Virus record (IMG/VR): IMGVR_UViG_3300045285_000136
Coordinates: 2,816 to 66,815 of that record
Reading direction: 5' to 3' (one strand)
Origin: a virus
Taxonomy: Duplodnaviria; Caudoviricetes
Length of the DNA: 64,000 nt
In this document: piece by piece, positions 56,272-64,000 of the stretch
How the letters are laid out: each line of letters begins with the position of its first letter
How positions within the stretch are numbered: the first letter of the stretch is position 1
The notes under the pieces: model-generated
Told to the model about the DNA's origin: nothing
The model's database searches: none
Seen by the model: only the letters and a program-made list of their open reading frames with translations
Program-made: the position numbers and the translations under genes

Positions 56272-58034
56272 CAGGTTTGCTTCAGCTCCTTCATCGTGGT
56301 GGCCAGCTGGACCGAGTGCACAGGCACCCGCGAGGTGATCGCGAACTGCCAGTTGAAGGACTTCAACCCCGAGGGTAAGCGGAAGATCTCGAGTGGTTGC
56401 GTGAGGTACCTCGTGAACACCAGATTAAGCGCATCGCCCGGACCGGCATAGAGCTGGAACATCGCATTCACGCCGTCAGGCAATCCAAGATCTATCCCGT
56501 CGCGCAACACGGGTCCGCCCATCTTCAAGGGCGCAGGTGCGCTCACCGACGGATCCAGCGATATCTGGCAGCACCCCAGGTTGGTTGGCGCCGGCAGATA
56601 AAACTCTTTGGATTTCCAGAAGAAGGTCTGCGAAGGTGTGTCAGGTGAGTCCCACAGATAAACCTTCTGGTCGGCGATGATATACGCATCGCCCGTGAAC
56701 ACGTCATTCCAGACGCCCACCACGTCCACGACGGGGGAGATCTTCATCACCCCCATGCGCTCCTCGGTGTAGTCGATCAGGAACCCCAGGCCGGTGGCGT
56801 TGATCGCAAGGTACTGGGCGCGATGCCGACATGCGATGATATCCTCGGCATGGTAATCCTTGAGCCAGATGTTCTTGGTGAAGTTGCTCAGGCTCTGGTT
56901 CTGCATGCCGTAATAATTCAGCGCGACCAGCCCGTTCTCGCTGGCGTAGTAGACGCCAGCGAGATCGGTGATCACCGAACCCCGGGAGATGCACGGCTCG
57001 GGCGCCTGCACCTGCGCGAAGAAGAACTGCGCCGGAGAACTCCCCGACCCCGTCGAGGGAAAGCCATGCGTGAGCACGACCAGCTGCTGTTGCCAGACCG
57101 CAAGCGCGACCACCTGATACTGCAAGCTCTGATCGTATCCCGCCGGCCACGCATGAGGGCGATTAGGTTCGCAGAAGTGCACGGTGTTTCCCGTGAAACC
57201 CATCAGCATCCCGCCGGACATCCCGATCAGTCCGTCCAGGCCATCTACGGGAGGTATCCAACTCGTACTTTCGAGCAGGTTGTTCCCGACAATGTTCACG
57301 TCAGGGATCGTATCCACATACGTGTCGGATCCGAAAGGGATATCCACCACGAAATAGAACTGCGCCCCCGTGCTGGCACCCGTGATCGTCCTATACAACC
57401 GCATCTTGCTGATGATCGGGTAGAGCTTCCCTGCCGGGTTCGCCGGCGGCGCAGTTGGAAATCCCGTCACGGTCCAGGTCGCATCCGGGGGACCGTCCAC
57501 TACCTCGGACGGGTTCGCCGGTGAACTCTCCAGCCCATACTCGTCGATGTAGGTGAACGTATACGAGCGCGAGATCGCCGGCACCGTGGTATCACCGCCG
57601 GTGGGCACCGCCGTGAGGATGATCGCCGGGTCAGGCGGGATGAACCCCAGATCGTATTTCGGCTGGTCCGCCGACAGGCGCGCGTAGGTATTCCAGAACA
57701 CGCCCGGGTCAGGCCCATCGGGTGGGTTTGACCAGTAGATACGATGCAGCGTGTCGTTGGCGAGCGGACTACGCACGACCGACGAGTAGGGACTGGGCAG
57801 AGGGATCCAGATCTCCGGGTCGGTCGCGGTAGGTCCCGGGAACCGGTAGGCTTTCATGACGGTGAAGCTGGCGGTCCCCGCCAGATCGATCACGAACAAC
57901 GGCTGTGGGAGACCGTCCAGGGGCCCCGACGCCAGATCGCAGTTATAGGCGTCCTCGGCCATGTTGGGTGGCAAGAGGAAGCTCTCCCGCCGGGGGATGA
58001 TCCCACCCATGTCCTGTGTGGCGAACGCGGCCAT
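56271..58034 (-). CDS. Tail tubular protein B / P22 gp10-like stabilisation protein
   Basis: 587 aa, beta-propeller-like; FCEPNRPHAWP, PCISRGS; synteny. Confidence 0.75.
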   Translation of the reverse strand: MAAFATQDMGGIIPRRESFLLPPNMAEDAYNCDLASGPLDGLPQPLFVIDLAGTASFTVMKAYRFPGPTATDPEIWIPLPSPYSSVVRSPLANDTLHRIYWSNPPDGPDPGVFWNTYARLSADQPKYDLGFIPPDPAIILTAVPTGGDTTVPAISRSYTFTYIDEYGLESSPANPSEVVDGPPDATWTVTGFPTAPPANPAGKLYPIISKMRLYRTITGASTGAQFYFVVDIPFGSDTYVDTIPDVNIVGNNLLESTSWIPPVDGLDGLIGMSGGMLMGFTGNTVHFCEPNRPHAWPAGYDQSLQYQVVALAVWQQQLVVLTHGFPSTGSGSSPAQFFFAQVQAPEPCISRGSVITDLAGVYYASENGLVALNYYGMQNQSLSNFTKNIWLKDYHAEDIIACRHRAQYLAINATGLGFLIDYTEERMGVMKISPVVDVVGVWNDVFTGDAYIIADQKVYLWDSPDTPSQTFFWKSKEFYLPAPTNLGCCQISLDPSVSAPAPLKMGGPVLRDGIDLGLPDGVNAMFQLYAGPGDALNLVFTRYLTQPLEIFRLPSGLKSFNWQFAITSRVPVHSVQLATTMKELKQT

Positions 58035-58037
58035 CGG

Positions 58038-58745
58038 CTAACCCTCGACCCCGATGCGGGCCATCGACAGCGAGGTACTGGTGAACACGTTGGTGCCACC
58101 GGACACGCTGTTGTTGACCAGCTGGATGGTATCTCCGGCGACCAGCCGGATGATCTCCACCGCACCGTTGTCCAGCGTATAATTCACGCTGCCCGGACCG
58201 GAGATCGACTGGTTGGTCTGCGAGAAACGCTGCGAGCTGTTGATGAGTAACCCCATGCCCAGCGTAGTGGATTGGTTGCCCGACCCGCTGGACCACCCGG
58301 CGAAGATGTATATCCCGTCGAGTCCGACGGGCACCGTGACGGTATTGAACGGCATGGTGACCGGGGTAAACCCGCTGCTGTCGAAGTCCACCGTGTCGAA
58401 CTGCAGCAGTCCGCCATTGGGCACGGTGTTGTTGAGCGTCGTGCTCACCGTGCGTATGCGCACGTACTGCGCCACCGCCACCGCGTTGATGTTCGCCTGC
58501 AGGGTGTTGTCGGCAGCGATGCGCTCGGCACGCTCAGTATTATCGGCAGCGATGCGTGCCACCTGCTCGGCGTTATCGGCAGCGATACGCGCAGCTGTCT
58601 CAGCCTCGACGCCGGTCGCAAAAGTCAGATCGCCCGGCGTCGTCTTGAACTGCATCGGGTAACCGGTCTGCTGGATGCGCACGGTGGTATCCGGCCCCGG
58701 TCGTGGCAGATAGCTCGGGATGAAGATCTTGCGTTCGACCGGCAC
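58038..58745 (-). CDS. Fibre with coiled coil and C-terminal C1q/TNF-like domain
   Basis: ExxARIAADN heptads; LQFDTV...GIYIF...LVAGDTIQL. Confidence 0.65.
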   Translation of the reverse strand: MPVERKIFIPSYLPRPGPDTTVRIQQTGYPMQFKTTPGDLTFATGVEAETAARIAADNAEQVARIAADNTERAERIAADNTLQANINAVAVAQYVRIRTVSTTLNNTVPNGGLLQFDTVDFDSSGFTPVTMPFNTVTVPVGLDGIYIFAGWSSGSGNQSTTLGMGLLINSSQRFSQTNQSISGPGSVNYTLDNGAVEIIRLVAGDTIQLVNNSVSGGTNVFTSTSLSMARIGVEG

Positions 58746-58909
58746 TAACGTCCCGCCCCTTTCGGTCGCTTGTCCGCCTTGCGACGCTCGGCGTTCAGGG
58801 CGATCGCGATGGCCTGCTTGCGGTTCTTCACCACGGGGCCACCCTTGCCCGAGTGCAGGGTGCCGGCCTTGAACTCGTCGAACGCCTGCTTCTTGGACTT
58901 GAGCGGCAC
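58745..58909 (-). CDS. DUF6496-like small basic protein (not in ORF track)
   Basis: EFKAGTLHSGKGGPVVKNRKQAIAIALN. Confidence 0.75.
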   Translation of the reverse strand: MPLKSKKQAFDEFKAGTLHSGKGGPVVKNRKQAIAIALNAERRKADKRPKGAGR

Positions 58910-59245
58910 CTACTTCACCCACACCCAGGCGCCGTTCAGGTAGCGCAAGCTGATCTCGGTGTTCGCCACCGTCGTCGTAGGCGCACCCGCGACCGCGCCA
59001 CCGGCAGCGGTCTGTATAGTCAATGTAGTGACCACTGCGTTCGGGATAAGGTTCACCGTCTGCCCGGCCGTCGGGCTGGGTGGCAGTTTGATCGTCAACG
59101 CCGCGATCGCACCGCTGTTCAGGTAGACTACGGTCTGTCCCTTGGACATCGTGATGGTCGTGCCCGTGAGCGGCGCCAGCACCGTCGGTGCGACACCGCC
59201 GGGCGGGTAGAAGCTACCGGTCTGTTGCAGGAAACTCGGCATCAT
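58910..59245 (-). CDS. Small beta-rich tail-associated protein
   Basis: LTIKLPPSPTAGQ motif. Confidence 0.6.
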   Translation of the reverse strand: MMPSFLQQTGSFYPPGGVAPTVLAPLTGTTITMSKGQTVVYLNSGAIAALTIKLPPSPTAGQTVNLIPNAVVTTLTIQTAAGGAVAGAPTTTVANTEISLRYLNGAWVWVK

Positions 59246-59256
59246 GTATCTCCCTC

Positions 59257-59481
59257 TTAACGTGCGCGCACGTTAGGCTTCAGCGAACCAGCATACCCCG
59301 TGGCGTTGCCCCTGGGGGACTTCTTCGCCAGGGCCTTCTTCATCGAGATGGGCGGCCCCGTGCGCTCGGGCCCCGGCATCGGTGATTGCGTGAACGAGTG
59401 CCCCGGGCCACCGGCCACCACGCGGGTGGGCGAGCTACCCCGGGAACTCTGGTTGACGTTCTTCGGACCTGACTTCGCCAT
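59257..59481 (-). CDS. Small basic disordered protein
   Basis: RBS from palindrome at 59487. Confidence 0.55.
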   Translation of the reverse strand: MAKSGPKNVNQSSRGSSPTRVVAGGPGHSFTQSPMPGPERTGPPISMKKALAKKSPRGNATGYAGSLKPNVRAR

Positions 59482-59486
59482 AGGTG

Positions 59487-59501
59487 TTACTCCCGGAGTA
59501 A
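59487..59501. promoter_or_regulatory. Perfect palindrome TTACTCC-C-GGAGTAA at fibre stop / next RBS
   Basis: Contains the fibre TAA stop and the GGAG for 59481. Confidence 0.75.
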
Positions 59502-61544
59502 GCGTGCTTCGAGGGTCGCGATCCGCGCGTTCATCGCCTTGATCGCATTAACCGCTGCGGCAAGTATGGGCGTGTCACTGATACCCTTCATCGTGGTCCC
59601 AGGTTCAAGACCTTCGAATCTGGTCACCGCCTCGGGTATGACCGACTGCACATCCTCGATGACAAAACCAAGGTGCAGGTGTTCAGGTCGTGCTGTATGA
59701 CGGAAGGTCTTGGGCACCAATCTGAGAACTTCGGCCAGACCGTGCGAAGCTTCCACGATATCGGTCTTCATCGCGCCACTGCTAAGCAGGTTCACATAGG
59801 GACCCTGGCCACCGACCGTGTACGCCTGATTAAAGCACAGCGCGTCGTTCGCGCGCATGACCCACATCGTACCGTTATTACCTACCCAGGACATCTGACC
59901 TGTGGCAGTGTTGAAATCGAAATAGTAACCGCCCTGCGCCTGCATGATCCGGCCGGAACCGCCGTTGCCGAACACCATGTTCTGACCGGACGCAAACAGG
60001 GTTCCGCCGGCCGCTACGCTGCCCGAAGCAAAGACATCGGTATCAGCACTCAGCGTGCCCGTGGCGTGAACGTCCGCACCAGTGATAATGGCTTTGGATT
60101 CGATACTACCGGTAACGTTGATCTGGTTGGTATGCAGCGTGTTCGAGGCTATGTCCCCAGGGACCGCCAGATTAGTGGCGGTCAGAAGCCCGGATATTCC
60201 GACCGCGCCCGTGACGTTGAGGTTGCCACCCACGCTGAGCGAGGTGCCCACGGATACGTTAGCCGTCGTCGACAAAGACCCTGTGGCGATCCCGGTGCTG
60301 GACACCGACGTCCAAGACGTAACAGGTGACCCGTTACCATCGGCGGAGCCGAGATGGATGATACCCGCCGTGTCTACCCAGAACCCGCTGGCGACACTAT
60401 GCAACACGTCATAGGTAAGCACCGTAGGGATCGTGCCATCTCTGGTGAGCGATAAAACCCGGCCGATATCGCTGCGGACCTGACCGGTAGCAACGACATG
60501 ACCGGGTGCCGACAGAGTGCCGGCCTGATCAAATAACCAACCTTTCGTTGCGGCGCGAGTTCCCGTTAAAATAGTTACAGCATTAGGCGCGGACGAATAG
60601 GTCGGCCCCGTAAGCTGAATTAAGCCGCCGTCCCCCGCCACACCTGTGCTGGTACGCCTCGCAGCAAGCATGAACAGATCCGTCGCGGCGCTGAACGGTG
60701 TGAGCATGCCCGTCAGGTAGGGCGTGTTGGCGGCGTTCCCGTCGGTCACCCGCACGTCTATCTGGGTCACGCCCACCTGGGGCACACCACGTACCCAGGC
60801 ACCGTTCGAGCGCAGATAGCCATAGACGTTGGTGGGCGCTTCCTCGGTGACCTTCGCCCAACTGAGGCTGCGCCGGCCGTAGTAGAACCCGTCGCTCGGC
60901 GCATCGTGCAGCGTGCTGCCCGTCTGCACGTCCACGTAGTTCTTGGTGGCTGCCTGAAGCGGCTGCACGGGATCCGCGTACAGGCTCAGGAACCCGCCCA
61001 TGGTATCGCCCGAGCGGTTGACCTTGGTGCTCACCTGCAGCTGCGACACCACCCAGTCGGCGTATTGCTTGGTGGCCGCCTCGGTCGGGTATGTTGGGTC
61101 GCGGAACAGATACAACGGCCCCAGCATGGTGCCGCCGTAGATACTTAATGCGTCCAAGGGGATCGGCTGAGTGACAACAGGCACCGCCGCCGGCGGTTGC
61201 CCCGAGATCTGCACGCCCACTTCGAAGGTAACTTCGCGCAGCGTCGTGCCGATGATCTCGAACTGACAGGTATAGACGTTACCCGGCGTGCCGAACGACA
61301 CATACACCTCGACGCCAGTACCGCCGTCCACCAGCTTCACCTCGGTAAACATCAGGGGCGTCGGGTCGTAGGGCGGTGGTGCACCCGGCACGGGGAAGGG
61401 CGTGTTCGACCAGCCGGTCGTGCCAAGGGTGATGGTATGGGTGAGAATACTGGTAGCCACCTCGCCCTCGTCGAGCCAGTCCGACAGGTCCACGGTGAAC
61501 CGTGAAACGTCCGGGTTCTGCTTGTTGATCCGCCCGACAAACAT
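59487..61544 (-). CDS. Tail fibre with N-terminal adaptor and C-terminal peptidase S74 chaperone
   Basis: RFTVDLSDWL adaptor; EAATKQY and QAATKNY repeats; S....K..GFVIEDVQ..PEAV...coiled coil. Confidence 0.85.
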   Translation of the reverse strand: MFVGRINKQNPDVSRFTVDLSDWLDEGEVATSILTHTITLGTTGWSNTPFPVPGAPPPYDPTPLMFTEVKLVDGGTGVEVYVSFGTPGNVYTCQFEIIGTTLREVTFEVGVQISGQPPAAVPVVTQPIPLDALSIYGGTMLGPLYLFRDPTYPTEAATKQYADWVVSQLQVSTKVNRSGDTMGGFLSLYADPVQPLQAATKNYVDVQTGSTLHDAPSDGFYYGRRSLSWAKVTEEAPTNVYGYLRSNGAWVRGVPQVGVTQIDVRVTDGNAANTPYLTGMLTPFSAATDLFMLAARRTSTGVAGDGGLIQLTGPTYSSAPNAVTILTGTRAATKGWLFDQAGTLSAPGHVVATGQVRSDIGRVLSLTRDGTIPTVLTYDVLHSVASGFWVDTAGIIHLGSADGNGSPVTSWTSVSSTGIATGSLSTTANVSVGTSLSVGGNLNVTGAVGISGLLTATNLAVPGDIASNTLHTNQINVTGSIESKAIITGADVHATGTLSADTDVFASGSVAAGGTLFASGQNMVFGNGGSGRIMQAQGGYYFDFNTATGQMSWVGNNGTMWVMRANDALCFNQAYTVGGQGPYVNLLSSGAMKTDIVEASHGLAEVLRLVPKTFRHTARPEHLHLGFVIEDVQSVIPEAVTRFEGLEPGTTMKGISDTPILAAAVNAIKAMNARIATLEARLLRE

Positions 61545-61825
61545 CAGTAGCTCCAACCCTCTGGTGCCGGCAGCTTAAACATATCCTCGAGATCCGGCGT
61601 GGCGAACTGATCAGGATACTCCGGGAGTAAAAACACCACCCGGCGGCGGTCCGGCACCGGCATAAAGTGCAAGCCGACCGGGCTGCGGTTGATCACGAAC
61701 AACCCGATGCGGCTCGAATACACGCTGCTGGACAGCAGATCACCTTCGATCGGGCTGATGCCCACATCGAAGTCGCCGATGTCGGAGATGGATGTGTTGT
61801 CGGTGTCAAAGGTGCCGCCGCTCAT
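61544..61825 (-). CDS. Small hypothetical tail-region protein
   Basis: Coupled between tailspike and fibre. Confidence 0.5.
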   Translation of the reverse strand: MSGGTFDTDNTSISDIGDFDVGISPIEGDLLSSSVYSSRIGLFVINRSPVGLHFMPVPDRRRVVFLLPEYPDQFATPDLEDMFKLPAPEGWSY

Positions 61826-61826
61826 A

Positions 61827-63692
61827 CTAAATTCCTCCCCATACCCAGGTCGGCGGCGTCGTGTAGGACACGGCGATATTACCACCCGCCGCTACCAGAA
61901 ACGGACCCGTTGAAGGCCCGACCACAAACCCGTTAACGATCCAATTCAGGTTAGTGCCACCACTCACGTAGACCATCACGTCATATCCTGAGATATTAAT
62001 AAGGGTTCCGCCACTCGCCGGCACGGCAGGTGTGGCAACAATACCTACAGCGAGACCTACGTTGTCGCGGACACGGTTCGTCCCGGAGCCACCCGCCGTT
62101 ATGTCGCCAATCAGATTGTTGGCACAGTTCTCGAACACGTTGTCGGCAATGACCATATTGAGATTGGTGGCCCCTGCGAGACCAATGCCCGTCGCGAGGT
62201 TGTTCATAATATTACCGACAACCTGCGCACCGATGACCGTCGAAAGCAGGATGCCGGCGCCACCCTGGGCCTGATACTGATCGATCGAATTGCCGTTGAC
62301 CACCACACGAAGCACATCCTGGCAGACGATAGCCGTCGCCGAACCCTGCGGTGCTGTCAGCAGGCAATCCTGTACGGTCACATCAACGCACACTGCCGCA
62401 GGTGTGCCGCCGATACTGACGCCAGCCACAGAGAATGCGTCGATTGCGTGGTCAGCCACCGTAAGATACCCAGGCGCTACTGCCGGCCCGGTGCCCGGGA
62501 ACAGAATGATGCCGTTCTTTGCGCCATATGTAACTCCGTTAATGATCTGGATGCCCTGGCTGTCATTCTCGACCCAGATGCCGTCGACAGTATTGGCGGC
62601 GGGCAGGTTCAGACGTTCGCCGACAAAGTTGTTGATCACGCCGCTGATCACACGGCGGAAGTGGATGCACGCGGTGCTCACGACGCCGACCGATATGCCC
62701 ACCTCCTCGCCGGTGTGCGTCCGGCAGTTCTGCAGCGTCGGGTAGAAGCAATAGTCCGCGACGTCGGTGCTGTTGAAGTAGAACCGTCCGGCCTTGCGCC
62801 CGGCCGCTTGGTTCGGCAGTGCCTCGCAGTTCTCCATTAGCGTGAAGTAGCCGCGATCCTGGCGGATGTTATCGCCCTCGCAGCCCATGAACTCGATGTT
62901 GCTGAATGTGAGGTTGTTGGCCAGCGTCACGGCGATGCCGGTTACGCCCGCCGCATTGGCCTGGATCGACAGATCGGAAATATACAGCCGCCCCATGATG
63001 TATGACGGGGAGATAAACGACAGAACGGTCTGGCTGGCGGTGTTGGCCTTGAGCACGCTTACCCCGATGCCGTCACCAAACAGTCTATGCCCGGCGCGCA
63101 TAGTCAGTGCCGTCGTGACGAGGTACACGGCCTGTGCACCACTAGGCAGCGCCGAAAAATGCACGGCGAGGCTCGTATTCAACGCCGCCTGAATAGCACT
63201 TGTATCGTTCGTCGCACCGTTGCCCGTAGCACCGAACCACTGCACGTTGGTCGCAGCGCCTTCGGTCTCGCGGTACCAGCGTTGACCGGCCGCGTCCACG
63301 ATGATCGTGCCGCCGTTGTCAGCGGACGTAGTATCCGTTGGCACGTACTGGAACGCCCCGCCACCGGGGCCACCAACGGCAGCGTAGCCCTCGACGTAGA
63401 CCAGCGTCAGCGCGGTCAGGGCATTGGCGCGCAAGAGAGCGATGGTGCCGAACACCTGCCGCACGCCGCGATCGACATATTGCTTGGTCGCAGCCTGTAG
63501 CGCCAGCGTAGGATCGGCCGCCAGCGTGACGGTGGACCCGAAGGTAACCGCGCCCGTGACGGTGCCGCCGGACAACGCGAGGAAACCGCCGGTGCCCGTG
63601 GTGACCCACTTGGTGCCATCCCACCGATAGCTGCCGTTCGGCGCGGTGGCGATCTGGTTCAGCGTGGGTGCGTTGGGGAAATCAAATGCCAT
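61827..63692 (-). CDS. Tailspike, right-handed beta-helix depolymerase (pectate-lyase-3-like)
   Basis: NVQWFGATGNGATNDTSAIQAAL; parallel beta-helix repeats. Confidence 0.88.
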   Translation of the reverse strand: MAFDFPNAPTLNQIATAPNGSYRWDGTKWVTTGTGGFLALSGGTVTGAVTFGSTVTLAADPTLALQAATKQYVDRGVRQVFGTIALLRANALTALTLVYVEGYAAVGGPGGGAFQYVPTDTTSADNGGTIIVDAAGQRWYRETEGAATNVQWFGATGNGATNDTSAIQAALNTSLAVHFSALPSGAQAVYLVTTALTMRAGHRLFGDGIGVSVLKANTASQTVLSFISPSYIMGRLYISDLSIQANAAGVTGIAVTLANNLTFSNIEFMGCEGDNIRQDRGYFTLMENCEALPNQAAGRKAGRFYFNSTDVADYCFYPTLQNCRTHTGEEVGISVGVVSTACIHFRRVISGVINNFVGERLNLPAANTVDGIWVENDSQGIQIINGVTYGAKNGIILFPGTGPAVAPGYLTVADHAIDAFSVAGVSIGGTPAAVCVDVTVQDCLLTAPQGSATAIVCQDVLRVVVNGNSIDQYQAQGGAGILLSTVIGAQVVGNIMNNLATGIGLAGATNLNMVIADNVFENCANNLIGDITAGGSGTNRVRDNVGLAVGIVATPAVPASGGTLINISGYDVMVYVSGGTNLNWIVNGFVVGPSTGPFLVAAGGNIAVSYTTPPTWVWGGI

Positions 63693-63695
63693 CGG

Positions 63696-64000
63696 TCATA
63701 TACACCGGCCGATCTCTTGCCAGTTCCCATTGAGCGTGAGTTGCACGGTCAAGCTGGAGAAAGCCCGCGCCACGAAAGCCGCACCGTTGTTCAGCAGGAA
63801 CTGCCCGGCGACGGTCGCCGTGCCGGAATTGATCGTGAGGGCGGCCTGGAACACCAGGGTTACGATGATCCCAGCATAACGCACGTTACTGCCGATGTTC
63901 TTGCTGTAGGTCATGCCGCCGATCGTCGTGGTGCCGGTGATGATGACGTAAGGCAGCGCGTCACCGATCACGGCGGGTAGCACCAGCAGGTTTGCGCTGG
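63696..64000 (-). CDS. C-terminal part of a tail fibre/tailspike gene starting beyond the window
   Basis: Open frame to window edge; beta-rich, ends WQEIGRCI. Confidence 0.65.
   Translation of the reverse strand, partial: SANLLVLPAVIGDALPYVIITGTTTIGGMTYSKNIGSNVRYAGIIVTLVFQAALTINSGTATVAGQFLLNNGAAFVARAFSSLTVQLTLNGNWQEIGRCI

Larger units (their letters stand above)
1..64000. mobile_element. Tailed dsDNA bacteriophage (podovirus-like), near-complete genome
   Basis: Terminase, portal, capsid, tail tube, ejection proteins, tailspikes, PolA, helicase and primase; no host housekeeping genes. Confidence 0.96.

Noticed and set aside
1-64000. tRNA, rRNA, integrase or att site
   Set aside because: No cloverleaf or T-loop context and no tyrosine/serine recombinase motifs were recognised by eye; tRNAscan-SE would be needed to exclude tRNAs formally

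Overview
The whole window is one tailed-phage genome with podovirus-type architecture and about 60-65% GC. A soil-type Alphaproteobacterial host is an inference from the accessory genes. Minus-strand structural genes occupy both ends. At 13484->1 they are portal, scaffold, P22-coat-like capsid, adaptors and fibres. At 64000->41621 they are tailspike and fibres, tail tube, GNAT, ejection proteins and an HNH. A plus-strand terS-terL-XRE block points away from the portal. An accessory island at 15.8-19.5 kb encodes a YetA/PcRGLX-like protein, a PEP-CTERM protein, a DUF3309-like membrane peptide and an Ig-like protein. The plus-strand early and replication arm (20.4-41.7 kb) carries many small ORFs, an RHH protein, a MoxR AAA+/DUF3150-like/VWA-metallopeptidase triad, family A DNA polymerase, a Cas4-like nuclease, VRR-NUC, an SNF2 helicase, a putative SSB and a primase-DUF927 fusion. 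No integrase, endolysin, tRNA, CRISPR array or reverse transcriptase was seen. The strongest unexplained signal is a 15-bp palindrome, TTACTCC-N-GGAGTAA, found 28 times by eye. Seventeen copies lie at or just upstream of gene starts, often fusing a stop codon with the Shine-Dalgarno, and 11 lie inside CDSs in all three frames. All family assignments come from motif recognition, not database searches.
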